Assembly: GCF_009914755.1 (NCBI RefSeq)
Contig: NC_060947.1
Source: the human T2T-CHM13v2.0 reference genome, Homo sapiens
Strand: one strand, 5' to 3'
DNA length: 64,000 bases
A program made the translations under genes and the position numbers. The notes under the pieces are model-generated. The model made no database searches. It was given only the letters and a program-made list of their open reading frames with translations, and was not told the origin of the DNA. This document shows, one piece after another, positions 28,568-49,309 of the stretch. How positions within the stretch are numbered: the first letter of the stretch is position 1; the number at the start of each line of letters is the position of its first letter.

Positions 28568-31500
28568 GGTTATGCAATCATCTTAGAGCTTCTTAAATTT
28601 CCCCATTGAAAAATCACTAATAGCTTACCCAAGTACCACTGAAGCGGGTAGGGAAGGCTGGTTCAGAACATAATCTGAAGCAGCCTGCCATAAGCATGAA
28701 GTTCCTTTGAAATCTCATGTTTTCAGTTTTAAAATGCTTATGTGATTGTTTTGCTACAAAAATAACAGGTCCAAATTATAAACAAACAAAACAAACAAAC
28801 ACACCACCGGTTCTCTCCCTGCCTCCATTCTCCAACTGAACTCTTTAAGTAAAAAGACATAATAATATTTCTCCTGTCATTTCAAGCCCCACACCCCCCG
28901 CCAGCACACTGTCCTGGGGGTCTGCAGACCCCAGTTTGGGAAACACAGGCGGTGATCTCTAAACGAGCCCTTCCATTTTGCAGTTTCTATTGGAGGCTCC
29001 TGAGTTCCTAATTGCCACATGTCCCCCTTTGTTCTGAGGTTCTCACCTTTGCTCCCTCTTACCCCTTAAAGTTCCCAAGGCCCTGGGAGTGGAGTGGGCC
29101 CAGCAAAAAGGACCGAGACAGCCTTTCTCTCTCTTTTGTAGCCCCACAGAGCTATGCACACAGGTGCCCCATAAATACTTGTCGTATTGAATAGTTCAGT
29201 AACCAGAACTGGGGGCCCAGCCCTCCTCCTGCAGCCAGGCCGCCTCCTGCTGCTGCTAGCAGTGTGAAAAGGTCTTTCAAAATGGTCCTGCTTTGAAAAT
29301 TAACTAGGGATAAAAGTTGCCTCTGATCCTTTAGGGGAGGCAGATAGACAGCATAGAAACCAAATGATAAATAAGCAAATTAGGCAAGAATTCAATTTGG
29401 AACCAGCGCAACTCAGAAATTAATGTGACACTCCATCATCGAAACCAAAAGGTAACCCTTATGAAAGTTACACCCTAATAAGTGGGGTCAGTCAGGATCA
29501 ATCACTTCCTAAGCACATTTCACATTTCTCCCCTCCTAATCTTGCATGAGCTTCCCAATGAACTTGGCCACCTCAGGGTGACACCTTTTCCCACTTTAAT
29601 ATTCCTTTTTAGACTCACAATTCTGACTTCCCTTGACTCTCAACGATGCTAACAGCATCCACCTCTGGGCCACTCACCAGGCTGTGGCCACCCCAAGCCT
29701 TGGTGCAGAGGGATCCCACAGCACATTCTTGAACAGAACCCTTGGAAGTTACAAATATTATTTTCTGGGTCACTTGATGACTGACCTTGACTAAGCCTCC
29801 ACATGGGGTGCAGTTAAACCACCATCACCAAAGTGTAGCTTTGCTTTCTCAAGGGGTCTGCTCAGATCACTGTGCCCTCCTCCTCCTGCTCCCAGCCCGT
29901 GAATAATCTGCAGCCAGAAGCTGGTAACCTGCTGGCAGGGTAGGACAGAGGACTTGGAGTTGTTTACACAAATGGGAAAACCAGGCCTCTGTGGTCCCTA
30001 CTCTTCCTTGGGAGCTCCTCTGATTGGAGGCCCAGGGAGCTGCTTCTGAGTACGGAGTGAGACTTACCTTCAGGCTTGGATAGGAAACCTCTATAAGCAT
30101 GCTTCCTGGGTCAGAATGAACTCACTCAGCTGTTCTGCAGCTCAGGAAACTCTGAAGGGCTACCCTGTGGTTTAATGAGCTTCAGCCAGTAAACCTGGCA
30201 CCCTGGCAGGTAGGAGTTCCACAAACACTCAGCCGGTTCCCTGGAGGGAAACAAACTGAAATGCTTCTAGGTCAATGTGGCCCCTTTTCTATTAACAGAA
30301 GGAAAATTTGAAATTCACAAGAAAACCCAAGTCCCATCAGTGCAGAATGATTGGACAAAGGCTGTTTGCTTTCTCCTGTGGCCAAGGAAGATGTTGAATG
30401 GTGTAACGCAGGAAGTGTCATGGTGTTCATGTTACTTCAATACTTCCCATAGATTGATCTAGGTTTAAGCTTGGTCCGATTTCTGGGAAATCAAGTGCTT
30501 CTTCTCTAATCATAGAATATGTGAACTAGAAGCAGTTTTGCTAGCAATGGGCTCAGCTTCTTCATTGCACTTGTGAAGAAATGAAAGCCCAAAGAAAAAG
30601 GAATTATTTGCCTATCTCACAGCAAATTGATGGCACAGATAGAGTGAGAATCCAGCTCTCCCAGCTCAGCAAATATTTAAGACCACTTGCTATGTGTCTC
30701 AGCCTATTCCTAGGCATAGCGAATAAGGCAGACATGGTCTCTACTTTCTCGAAACTTCCCATCTCTTTTTTGCAGCTTTGAAATGCAATTTCAATCAAGA
30801 ATATTTGGAGAATATTTGGAGCCTGATTTCCACCAGCAGGCGGGGACTAAAATTAGTCCCGCTGCACTGTGGCTTTGGCCAGTCCCTGAGCACCTGCATG
30901 CTTGTCAAGCTGCACCCTTCTCCTTCAACTTCCCACCATTCATTCATCATCACATACTTCTTGAGCTCCTTCTGTGTGTCTGGTGTGGTTCTAGGTACTC
31001 ACTGGGGCATTAATTGTGAAAAAGACAGACACGGGCCCCTCCTTATAGAGTTTACAATACAGGGCTGACTTTACTACACACTCTCCTACTCTGCCTCTTA
31101 AACAGGGCTTTAGCACTGGATGCTTATGAACGTAGTGCCGTCCATATGCAGAGCTAAGTACATAAGCCAAGAATTCTACTGTCATGGAATTATCCACAGG
31201 CCCTTCTCATCACATTCCCCTGCCCTTCACTTTTTGTGACATCCCCTCTCTTTGCGAATCTGCCCTGGATATTCATTTTAAGCAGATTTGATGGAGGAAG
31301 TTATTAAACAAGAGAAACCTACACAGTGTAATTTCCTCCCCCTTCTGCATCTCCCAGGAATAGACCCTATCACCAATCTCCATCCTACTCAAACAGCTAG
31401 AGGGTTGGGCTTTTTCTTGAATGCTGTGGCCCAGGCCTTCATAACCAGTCCCCAGTCCCACAGCCTGCACCACTCCCAGAGAGAATGGGGCTCTGTTGTG

Positions 31501-32202
31501 GATCTATAGGGGAACAGTTCTGTGGAGGGGCAAAACCCCAAGCTGCAGGTAACAGTATACCCAAAAGGCATTGCTGCCCATCAGACATTAGGAGAGGAGC
31601 TCTTCCTCTCTCTAGTATGCCTAACTTGGGTCCCAACCATAGCTGAAATGACATAGGTCAAAGAGGTTGTTGACTGCAGTGAACAGGTGATTCTTTAATT
31701 ATTTATTTTTGGGTCCCATGCATGCTTAGAACTTCACTGCAAGGTTAAAGCAACAGCCCACACAAAAGTTGGCTAAACATGTAAGAGATGGAAAATGTTG
31801 ATGGTGGCAATCGAATATAAATGTGCATATGGCTGGATTCCGGAAACTGCCGGGCGGTGCACCTGACGTTGAGCCCCAGCAAAATTCTTGACCATATGAT
31901 CAAACAGGTGGCTTTTGCATATTTAGAAAAGAATGTGGAGCCCACACACTATTGGACTTTAAAAGGTTAAAGAGGAAACCTCTGAGCAGTTCCAGTCAAG
32001 GAGGGATGTTTGATAATGAGAAGCAGGAAGGGCCATAGTTATTGTCACCTGGAGGAGGTTTTAAATTCAGGTCGTCGTAAAGACAATAAAAGCCCCGAGA
32101 ATGACAACCTACAGTATGGATTGTATTTTGCAATGGTAAACCTGTACAAAAATGCAAATGACAAGCTAGACTACTTTATAATGGGTTGCTGATACTCACC
32201 TT

Positions 32203-33114
<912 letters not shown>

Positions 33115-35004
33115 CCTCTATTTCCTTTCTCACAAAACAGTGTTGAAGCCCCTTCTCCAGATTTTCTGTTCCAATAAGTACACTTCTTTTCTTGCATATT
33201 CTAAGTTCTGCTGATCTTCTGCGTGTTCTACATTGTGTTGTCTTTGATGGTACTCTTGTAAAAAAAAAATGATGACACTTGGGCTAGATAATAACATTGA
33301 GGGAGATTTGCACCTAGTAGAAGAACATTGTGCTTGGGGAATTCATCAATGGTAGCTTAAAGCTGGAGCAAAGAGTAGGTCTCTCTGGAACTCCAACTCT
33401 GTGCTGATGAACATTTACTTGTCAAAGAAAGATGCAAGCAGAGAGTCTCTTGATCAGATTTGCTCATGACCCAAGTGGAGAGGGAGAGCTTGTCCAAATC
33501 TATTCACAGAAATACACACAAACTCCTAACCCATACCCTTAACCTGAGACATTGGGATATCAAGAGCTGGAAGAATTGACCTGCTCAAATTCCTGCTATG
33601 AAGGGGAGTCCTTGCTGGTTGCAGATCTTGGCTCTTATCTGCTTGATCTCTACTGCAAAGAAAGGGAGGCATACACACTTCTATAGCCCCTCTGTTCTCA
33701 CTCCAAGTAAGCCCTGGGAGAAAACAATGCCACATAGGTATCGATTTCATTTGAAGATCCTGGGAAAATGAAATTCTTCGTAGAGCTCACTTCATTTTAA
33801 AGCTGTACATACCAGTCTCACTTTTAGGTCTAAAGGAAGTTGGTGTAACAAAATACAATTTGAACATGAATATTAGCATTCTTACTATAATTATTTGTTC
33901 AATAACAAGACATTGTTCTCAGGATATTCTTTAGGTCAATCTTGTCACTGACAAATCCATCGCTGAGGATATAGGCAAAGAAGGACAAAGTAACTGTGAA
34001 CAAACAATGCTGGCTTCTCTAAAATGGCCTGACCTTCAGCTGCCTTCCAGCCCAAACACCCTAGATTTATAAAATTCAGATATAACATCACTTCTTAGTT
34101 TTAGAGGGTATCTTAATAAAGTTCCTTGAAGTTTTGGCCTACTCAGCACTTTTTAAAGAACATTCAAGCAACACATTCACTTTGCTTTTGGAAAATAGTC
34201 CATGAATTCACTTTGCTTTCGGAAAATAGTCCATGAACGATGCCTGTCCAAACCAAGGAGCACTGCCCAGTGTGGTTGCAACCTCTTGCTAAGAAAGCAG
34301 CAAATTTTCTGAATATATTGAACGGGACCCACCCACTTTTCTTTTAGTAACTTAGTTCATTTGGTCTAGAAAGTCCTTGGGTTGAGGACACACGGATGCA
34401 CACATTCCCCCTCTCTCTCTGTCTTTCTCTCCTCCCCTCTCTTTTCTGGAACTCCTTTTTGAAGAGGTGGTAATATTTTTATTCCTGTATTTTATCAGCA
34501 ACTTATTTGCCATGGGATGAGGAAGGCATTTGTTACAACATTTTTGTGTATACTGATCAGTTACAAGGAAAGTTGTGCCTTAAAATACTCTGCCTGGAAA
34601 ATACTTTCTATGTCCAAGTAAACAAGGTAGGCCTTAGTTTAAATTCTGACTTACAACTGGGAAGGAACAACCTAGTTTACCCTCTTCTGAAACCAGAAGT
34701 AAATGCAACTCTGCATTTCTCTTTTCAAAGTCTCAGGAAAAAAAAAAAATTAAAACACATGTAATGTGCCCACAGTGCCTATACCTGCTATTATGCCACC
34801 GTTTTTCTTTATTCGTTATTTCTCAAAATTTTCAACTACAGATATGACTAACTTCTCCTGAATTAAAAAATGTGTGTCTAATTATATGAAGATTTCAAAA
34901 AAAGTGTAAAGACACCATGAAAAGTCTCAAATGGTCTCTATGTAGTACGTTACATAGGTTACTTAGGTGAGTTCATGCTAGAGAAGGCAAACCCTCTATC
35001 TATA

Positions 35005-35125
35005 CTTACATTTGTGCAAATTTATGGAGTACATGTGCAATTTTATTATATGCATAGATTGTATAGTGGTCAAATCGGGGCTTTTAGGGTATTCATCACC
35101 AGAATAACATACATTGTACTCATTA
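35005..35125 (-). mobile_element. L1M 3'UTR fragment
   Basis: TTTATGGAGTACATGTGCAATTTTATTATATGCATAGATTGTATAGTGGTCAAATCGGGGCTTTTAGGGTATTCATCACC. Confidence 0.7.
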
Positions 35126-36801
35126 ACTACACAATGTGTATATTTACGCACACATATTTGCAAAAGGAAATCTTTCCAAAAGGTATATGAAGCACCTCCC
35201 ATATTTTCCTCCCTCTGGTCACATAAAATATAGACTCTTCAGATCTCTGGTCCTCCCTTAACAAGGGGGTATTCTCCAGGAACCAGTTTGGGTTAGCTTT
35301 ACAGGAGAGTCAATTGCAAGATTCATGACAGTGACCAAAAGGGCTCCACTCTCCAGTCACTGATGAGGGACAAGACTTTTCCGTTGTTTACCAGGGTTTC
35401 AGAAAACATGGCCAGAGAATAATCCCTGAGGGACACTGTGAAGAACACCTTTATAGGATTTAAGTGAGAAAATCAAGCACAGTCCTCAAGAAACAAACAA
35501 AAAAAGCATGAATCCCCAGCCAAAGCAAAATGGAATTTTTAAGTCAATTATCCAAATAACTCAGCAACAAAATTAAAAAGACCCATTCAATTTCATGGGC
35601 ATTTAAGACCCCAAAATGATCATAGACTGAATGGTGTCCAATCTCAGATCCTCTTTGGCTATATAGTAATATCATCCAACTCCAGGCTCAGACCTACACA
35701 CTGCAGAGAGGCAGAAAGGCTTCAGGGCATTCTGATGAGAACTAGAAAGCCACACTGAGTTTGTCCCTATTTTTATGTGAAACAAAATGCTAGGGGTGAA
35801 CTGCCCAGCTTTGGAACTGAATGCAGAGAATTGCCTAGCTCGCTGCTGGACACCCCACAGATATCCACCTGCAAATTCCTCGGGATTTGTACAAGTCAAT
35901 GATTCTGTATTCACTGCCTTCTAGTAAGCATTTGAGACCTATAACTATGAAAAATCTTGCAGGTAATTTCCCCAGTAATTCCATTAATCCCAAGAGATAG
36001 CTAAACGTGGCTCAACACACTCAGAAATCTCATGGCAAATTTATTCTCTTCATTTTATTCAAAGCCTTTTAAAATAAGCCCCAATTAAAAGTGATGCTAA
36101 CAATAAGGTCTGCTCTTAAGCTCCCTGGCTATCCCCTTCAACTGTGTAGAACTAATGTAATCCATTGAGTGATTGTCAACTCACTGAGATTTAGAGTAGG
36201 TAGGAACTTTAGAGATTATATTCAAATACCCAAGCATTTCCTAAATACAGCAGTTCTTTTGATCCAAATGAGGTTTCCAGAGCGGGATGTGGCGGCTGGT
36301 GGTGAAGGGAGTACCACCACTCCCTGCTGTCAACCTCTCTGAGCCCTACTCCCACATACCTGGAATCAACACACCAGCTGCTTTAACCCACACACACTCC
36401 AATTAAGCCCTACAGTGACCAGTTATAATTAAAATCCAATGGTTAGTGTTAGCTTTTCTTAAATAACAAGAATGATCAAATAGTAAAAATTAAGTCACTC
36501 AGGCTAGCAGAGAGTATCGTGGATTATTGGGTTTACAAATGGAATAAATTTTGTTTATAGGTAGCAATCCTTGAACAAATCACTTTTTGGCTTAATTGTT
36601 AACTGCACTTGAAAATAAACCACGTGGTGAAAACGAGAGTGTGGTTTGCAGAGAGAAAAAAAAGAAAATGTATTTAAAAAAATAATAACCAGCCCTTACT
36701 TGAAAAACAAGCAAACCCATACCGATGTGATTGGCCTCTCTCTCCATAGAGGAAGAGTGTATGGAATGAGTGAATACAAGCATTAAGGAATGAACAAATG
36801 A

Positions 36802-37238
<437 letters not shown>

Positions 37239-38025
37239 ACATTTATGTATTGCATTAGCATGGGAGCCCAGTTGTATCTCTGCTACCTGCCTACATGGTG
37301 CCTAGCATATAGTTGGGGCTCATAGCAATTTTTGCAGCTGCTTAGTAACTTCTCCCCATTGAGTGTAGGGCCCATATGTTGACAGATGGGACAGAACGTG
37401 AGCTTCCTGATCCCATAAAGGCAGCCCCCTTTTCTTTTCCTGCTCCTCACCACTAGGCGAGGTCTGCAACTCCACACCAACTCCGTGTCCTTTGTGACCT
37501 TCCATAAGGTAGGACAGGTAGGCCTTGTCCTTACTAGAGACCCAATCTCACAGCAGGGCTGAGACTTTGGAGATAGGAAAGTATTGTAGGCCTCAGATGA
37601 GCCAGTTTATGGAGTAGGCAAAAGCCCAAACACCACCTGTTTTCAATATGAGTTTCTCCATTACCAAACACACATTTTTACTTAGGCCTCCAGTTAGGCC
37701 AAAGGCTGAACCAGCCTCCAGTTCCCCACCGGCCCAGCCCTCCCCGCAGTAGGGATTCACCTGTATAATCAGCTTGCCTGGGCCATGGTGGTCTGGCTGG
37801 CACCCACTCATTGTGCCCTCAAGCCTGAGTGCTCACTCAGCATATCTGCTATCCAAATAGACGCCCGACAAGTCTGGCCACATCACCAGACAGGTTCCTT
37901 CTTGCCTGTTATTAAATAAATGAATGGGATGAGCCACATCTTCCCTCTGAGGAATAGCCAGAAGCATAGACTAAATGTAAACCATCTTCCTCTCAGCTAG
38001 TCATGACAAGGTTCTGAAGAACATC

Positions 38026-38383
38026 TGATATGGTTTGGCTGTGTCCTCACCCAAATCTCATCTTGAATTATAGCTCCCACAATTCCCACATGTTGTGGGA
38101 GGGACCTTGTGGGAGATAATTGAATCATGGGGGTGAGTCTTTCCCATGCTGTTCTCCTGATAGTGAATAAGTCTCAAGAGATCTGATGGTTTTAAAAGGG
38201 GAGTTTCCCTGCACAAGTTCTCTTCTCTTGTCTGCCACCATGTGAGATGTGCCTTTCACCTTCTGCCATGATTGTGAGGCCTCCCCAACCACATGGAACC
38301 GTGAACTTATTAAACCTCTTTCTTTTGTAAATTGCCCAGTCTCAGGTATGTCTTTATTAGCAGCATGAAAATGGACTAATAAA
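38026..38383 (+). mobile_element. THE1 (B-like) solo LTR
   Basis: TGATATGGTTTGGCTGTGTCCTCACCCAAATCTCATCTTGAATT...GAAAATGGACTAATA; TSD ACATC/CCATC. Confidence 0.92.
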
Positions 38384-38789
38384 CCATCTTAGTGACATGT
38401 TCTCTTGAGGATGTGAAACTGGCCAGTGGCTGGTGTTTTTTGGAGCTAATGAGTGATATGAGAAACTTGGAAGCAACCACCCACACTCATCCCTTCCTCT
38501 CCACCATTGCCTCAAATCCCCAAATGACAATGTCATGGTTTCAGCTCCAATCTTTGCTCTCTGTGAAAATGTAGATCCTCCAGGAGGGAAAGCAGACCAT
38601 CAGAACCTCTGGGGCTTGTGGGGCGCAGGTAAAAAGGAGCTGATATCTGGGAGGTTGAGTGGGCCTGGAACAAATTTGACTCACCTCACACTTTTTTCCA
38701 GAGCAAATTCTGAATTGCACACAACTCACAAAATTCCAAATGGAATTTCAGCTGGTGACCCTGTTATAATGTGGCATATATTATTGCCA

Positions 38790-38935
38790 CTCAAAGTGAA
38801 GTTCCCAGACCAGCAGCAGTGGCATCAGCTGGGAGCTTATGGTGTATGAAACCTCAGGCTTCACCCCAGACTTACTGAATCAGAATCTGTATCTTAAAAG
38901 ATTCCTAGATGTTTGATGTGACATTGAAAATTGGA
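38790..38935. mobile_element. MER5A relic
   Basis: CCAGACCAGCAGCAG...CCCAGACTTACTGAATCAGAATCTG. Confidence 0.7.
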
Positions 38936-38959
38936 GAGTTATTAGTATACGGAGACTCA

Positions 38960-39454
<495 letters not shown>

Positions 39455-40734
39455 GGTGACAGGCAAGATGGCGGAATAGGAACAGCACCGGTCTGCAGCT
39501 CCCAGTGAGATCAACACAGAAGTCAGGTGATTTCTCCATTTCCAACTAAGGTAGCTGGCTCATCTCATTGGGACTGGTTAGACAGCAGTTGCAGCCCACA
39601 GAGGGTGAGCTGAAGCAGGGTGGGATGTCACCTCACCTGGGAAGTGCAGGGGGTGGGGGAACTCCCTCCTCTAGCCAGGGGAAGCCCTGAGGGACTGTGC
39701 CATGAGGAACAGTGCACTGAGGCCCAGATACTATGCTTTTCCCATGGTCTTTGCAAGCCACAGACCAGGAGATTCCCTCGGGTTCCTGCGCCACCAGGGT
39801 CCTGGGTTTCAAGCACAAAACTGGGCAGCTGTTTGGGCAGACACTGAGCTAGCTGCATGAGTTTTTTCATACCCCAGTGACACCTGGAACGCCAATCTGG
39901 AAAGGGGGCTGAAGCCAGGGAGCAAAGTGGTCTAGCTCAGTGGATCCCACCCCCATGGAGCCCAGCAAGCTAAGGTCCACTGGCTTGAAATTTTTGCTGT
40001 GAGCACAGCAGTCTGAAGTCCACCATTAGTGAGGCTGGAGTAGGCGGTTTTCCCCTCACAGTGTAAACAAAGCCTCAGGGAAGTTTGGACTGGGTGGAGC
40101 CCACCGCAGCTCCACAAAGCTGCTGTAGTAAGACTGCCTCTCTAGATTCCTCCTTTCTGGGCAGGGCATCTCTGAAACAAAGGCAGCAGCCCCATTCAGG
40201 GGCTTAGAGCTAAAACTCCCATCTCCCTGGGACAGAGCACTTGGGGGAAGGGGCGGCTGTGGGCTCAGCTTCGGCAGACTTAAACGTTCCTGCCTGCCAG
40301 CTCTGAAGAGAGTGGCAGATCTCCCAGCACAGCACTCGAGCTCTGCTAAGGGAGAGACTGCCTCCTCAAGTCAGTTCCTGACGCCGGGGCCTCCTGACCA
40401 GGAGACACCTCCCAGCAGGGGTTGACAGACACTTCATACAAGAGAGCTCTGGCTGGCATCTGGCAGGTGCCCCTTTGGGAGGAAGCTTCCAGAGGAAGGA
40501 ACAGGCAGCAATCTTTGCTGTTCTGCAGCCTCCTCTGGTGATACCCAGGCCAACAGGGTCTGGAGTGGCTCTCCAGCAAACTCCACCAGACCTGCAGCTG
40601 AGGGGGCTGATGGTTGGAAGTAAAACTAACAAAAGGAAAGGAATAGCATCAACATCAACAAAAAGGACATCCACACAGAAACCCTATCCGAAGGTCACCA
40701 ACATCAAAGACCAAAGGTAGATAATTCCACAAAG

Positions 40735-41750
40735 ATGAGGAAAAACCAGTGCAAAAAGGCTGAAAATTCCAAAAACCAGAAAGCCTCTTCTCCTCCAAAG
40801 GATCATAACTCCTCACCAGCAAGGGAAAAAAACTGGACAGAGAATGAGTTTGGCAAATTGAGAGAAGTAGGCTCCAGAAGGTGGGTAATAACAAATTTCT
40901 CTGAGCTAAAGGAGCATGCTCTAACCCAATGCAAGAAAGTTAAGAACCTTGAAAAAAGGTTAGAGGAATTGCTAACTAGAATAAGCAGTTTAGAGAAGAA
41001 CATAAATGACCTAATGGAGCTGAAAAACAAGCATGAGATCTTTGTGAAGCATACACAAGTATCAATAGCCAAATCAATCAAGCAGAAGAAAGGATATCAG
41101 AGATCAAAGATCAACTTCATGAAATACAGTGGGAAGACAAGATTAGAAAAAAAAGAAGAATGAAAAGGAACAAACAAAGCTTCCGAGAAATATGGGACTA
41201 TGTGAAAAGACCAAACCTATGTTTGATTGGTGTACTTGAAAGTGATGGGGAGAATGGAACCAAGTTGGAAAACACTCTTCAGGATATTATCCAGGAGAAC
41301 TTCCCCAACCTAGCAAGACAGGCCAACATTCAAATTCAGGAAATACAGAGAACACCACTAAGATACTTGCTGAGAAGAGCAACCCCAAGGCACATAATAA
41401 TCAGATTCACCAAGGTTGAAATGAAGGAAAAAATGTTAAGGGCAGCCAGAGAGAAAGGCTGGGTTACCCACAAAGGGAAGCCCATCAGACTAACAGTGAA
41501 TCTCTCTGCAGAAACTCTACAAGCCAGAACAGTGTGGGGGCCAATATTCAACATTCTTAAAGAAAAGAATTTTCAACCCAGAATTTCATATCCAGCCAAA
41601 CTAAGCTTCATAAGTGAAGGAGAAAGAAAACCCTTTATAGACAAGCAAATGCTGAGAGATTCTGTCACCACCAGGCCTGTCTTACAAGAGGTCCTGAAGG
41701 AAGCACTAAACATGGAAAGCAAAAACCAGTACCAGCCACTGCAATAAGAT
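40735..41750 (+). pseudogene. L1 ORF1p, frameshifted
   Basis: Split between ORFs 40735-41163 and 41160-41747 (REIWDYVKRPNL, YPAKLSF). Confidence 0.9.
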
Positions 41751-41825
41751 ACCAAATTTTAAAGACCATTGACACTATGAAGAAACTGCATCAACTAACG
41801 GGCAAAATAACCAGCTAGCATCATA

Positions 41826-45660
<3,835 letters not shown>

Positions 45661-46883
45661 GGTAGTTGAACGATGAGAATACATGGACAGAGGGAGGGAA
45701 ATATCACACACTGGGACCTGTTGGGGGGTGGTGGGCTTGGGGAGGGATGGCATTAGGAGAAATGTTTAATGGAGATGACAGGTTGATGGGTGCAGCAAAC
45801 CACCGTGGCACATGTATAGCTATGTAACAAACCTGCACGTTCTGCACATGTATGCCAGAACTTAAAGTATAATTTTAAAAAAAGAAAAAAAATCATTATT
45901 ATTTGTGCATCTGATGCTCAACTGCTGGTGTATAATCACATTCATTTCCTTTTTCTCTCCCTCAGGACCGAAATGGCAGTGGAAGTCCACTGGCAAGTTA
46001 GGTCTAAGTCCTTAATGGAAAAGGTACACACAAGCCCAAATATTAATTCAAAGCACACTTCTCATCCTTTCCACTCTATGCTGACTAGAAAAATGGTTTT
46101 ATTTTTTGAACTCTGTCAGAATCTGTAAGTCCGAGATTGTGCAGATTTCATTATGATTAGTCTGGCCATGCCAGCGGTGACTGCCAGAGAAGTATGACAT
46201 GGGTGACAAGATGACACAGTCCAACCTTTAAGGAAGCTGGATAAGAGCTAATGATGCTGGTTACCACCAAGCTGACAGGACTTCCTGTCACAGCCTTGCG
46301 TCAGCCACTATGTGTCCATACAGTCAGGAGACCGATGACTTTTGACAAAAGAGCAGAACTGGCACCTTCAAGGAATACTGGCTTCTTCTAAGGACAGAGG
46401 TTCCTTGGGAGGCCATCGCCTGGCTCCAGCCATATGGCCACACTCATGTGACTTGAAGCACTGCTTCAAGACCTGCCTTTGGAACCCATTCTGAGCCACG
46501 TGAGAAAAATCTCTCTTTTTCTTTCCTAGTCACATCCCATTTCTCAGCAAAATTGCTCACCTGGAGACTGAGGGAAACCTGTAACGTCTTGGCTTCCCTG
46601 ACATCTAGATTACATACAAAAGGATCCGGTTGATGAAAGAACCATTTGGCCAATGCTCTGGGATTGGCCTTTACTAACTTTTGGCTATTTAAATAATCAT
46701 ATCCCTCATCAGAGGCTGAAGATATGCCCCAAGGTGGGGGTTACTCCAAGTGTGCTGCAAGGTGGGAAGGCATTCCCCACTGAGTTGCAGGAACAGTGGC
46801 TAACCTCTTGAGGGGATGACCTAAAAAGACACTACTTGAAAAGTGAAGTCTTATTTGTTAAAGGAGAAGAAAGACCAAGTGTG

Positions 46884-46909
46884 ATGATGATGATGATGAT
46901 GATGATGAT
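46884..46909. repeat. (GAT)n microsatellite at Alu tail
   Basis: Directly visible. Confidence 0.9.
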
Positions 46910-46913
46910 TATA

Positions 46914-47348
46914 TTTTGAGACAGAGTCTCACTCTGTCACCCAGGCTGGAGTGCAGTGGCACCATCTCAGGTCATTGCAGCCTCAACCAAGCTCAAGCGA
47001 TCCTCCCACCTTGGTCTCCCAAGTAGCTGGGACTAGAGGCACATGCCACCACGCCCGGCTGTTTTTCTATTTTTATTTATTTATTTATTTTTTTTTAGAG
47101 ACACGGTCTCACTATGTTGCCCAAGCTGGTCTTGAACTCCTGGGCTCAAGCAATCCTCCCACTTTGGCCTCCCAAGTAGCTGGGACTACAGGTGCATGCC
47201 ACCAAGCCTAGCTAAGTTTTTCTATTTTTTCTAAAGACTGGACTTTGCATGTTGCCCAGGCTGGTCTCGTACTCCTGAGCTCAAGCAATCCACCCGCCTT
47301 GGCCTCCCAAAATCCTGGGATTACAAGCATGAGCCAGTGTGCCCAGCT
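46914..47348 (-). mobile_element. Compound Alu with three monomer units
   Basis: Right arm, extra monomer (~47095-47212), left arm. Confidence 0.85.
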
Positions 47349-47674
47349 AAATGTGACTATTAGGAACTGAGAGCAATTGTCTGAAGGAAGGGAGAGTCTA
47401 CAGTTACATCAAGCTCTTGGCCACAGCTAGAGAAGGATGAGTCTGCATTAACCATATTTTGACAAAGCCAAAAACCAAATTCAAAGGCCATGTCTGAACA
47501 TAGGACAACTAGGCCTGAAGAAGGGAGGTGGATGGAAGGAGTAGAGCTGCTGTAAGGACAGTGGCTTCAGGGTTGGTAGTGGAGAAAGAGACACGCATCA
47601 AGGAGGGTGGTGAGGAGACGAGTATCATCATAGACGGAATCAATCTTGAAATCAAAAGTAATATTATGTCCTTT

Positions 47675-48105
<431 letters not shown>

Positions 48106-49014
48106 CTAGAATCCATGACTCTGGTGAATCTGGGCTCCTCTCTCTGGTCTGGCCAGGCAGTGATGAGCCACATAGCCAGAGAAGAACAGAATCACTGGAG
48201 CACAAATGGTGGCCTGATCTCTACCCCAAGCCTTCCCTTGGGTACCGCCACCAACCCCCAACCCATGACAGCACACGACAGTCGATACTACCAACCCCTG
48301 AACAGTCTTGGCCAAGGTTGGGAACCATTGTTATTCTCCATTCACCTGAATTCATGTGAACACACCAAATACACCATCCAACTCTCACTGTGTTTGGTGG
48401 CACCAAGGGAAGTGCTTCCCTCCTGCCATAGAGACAACCAGGAATTCAGCTAGGCTTCTCCATTGTAATTGGAGAGGAGGCCATGTGGGGCCAACATACA
48501 ATCACTACTTTCAAGGCTAATGCCACAAGGCATTTCCTGAAAACATTTCCTCCCAAAATGTTAGTTATTAGGTTAGGCTATGCTCTAATCTCTTGTTAAA
48601 ATTTAAAGCGTTCAAACTAATGGGTTTGGAGTATGAAAAATATCTACAGATCTTAACACAGAAGAGCCAGTTTTTTTCCTAAAATTATTTGGTTGTTTAT
48701 TTGTTTTAAGTATCTCTTGGCAACACATATGATTCTGCAAGGACCTTTTTGTTAGCAATTTCTGAAAACATCCATTTCCAGTGGAAATACTGATGGAAAC
48801 TTCAAAGGCTTTTCCACCTAATCACTGAGCAAACAGTACATTTGTGTACACTTTGGAGTCTGCAGAGAAACCTTTCTAATATTGAGAGCTGCCCAAAGAT
48901 AGAGCATCATTGGAAGTAATGAGATCCCTGTCACTGGAAGTGTTCAAGCACTGATTGGGCAACCACTTGACAGGACTTTCGTAGAGGACAACCAATTATT
49001 AAGGATTCAAGATT

Positions 49015-49309
49015 GGCTGACCAAGGTGGCTCAAGCCTGTAATCCCAGCACTTTAGGAGGCCACGAAGGGAGGCTCACTTGAGCCCAGCCTGGGCAACCT
49101 AGTGATACCCTGTCTCTACAAAAACATAAACAAAAAAAAACAAGCTGGGCGTGGTGGTATAGGCCTGTAGTTCTAGCTATTTGAGAGGCTAATGTGGGAG
49201 GAACCCTTGAACCCAGGAGGTTGAGGTTGCAACAAGCCATATTCACACCACTACACTCCAGCCTGGGTGACAGAGTGAGACCTTGTCTCCAAAAAAAAAA
49301 AAAAAAAAA
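49015..49309 (+). mobile_element. Alu (J-like, small internal deletion)
   Basis: TSD AAGGATTCAAGATT. Confidence 0.92.

Noticed and set aside
28917-28932. 16-bp perfect palindrome GGGGTCTGCAGACCCC
   Set aside because: It abuts what looks like a hAT-element terminus (CCCCAGTTTGGGAAAC); isolated, with no other support
32192-32202. Strong minus-strand splice donor (AG|GTGAGT) suggesting a lncRNA exon
   Set aside because: No matching acceptor or exon chain can be supported; such words are common by chance
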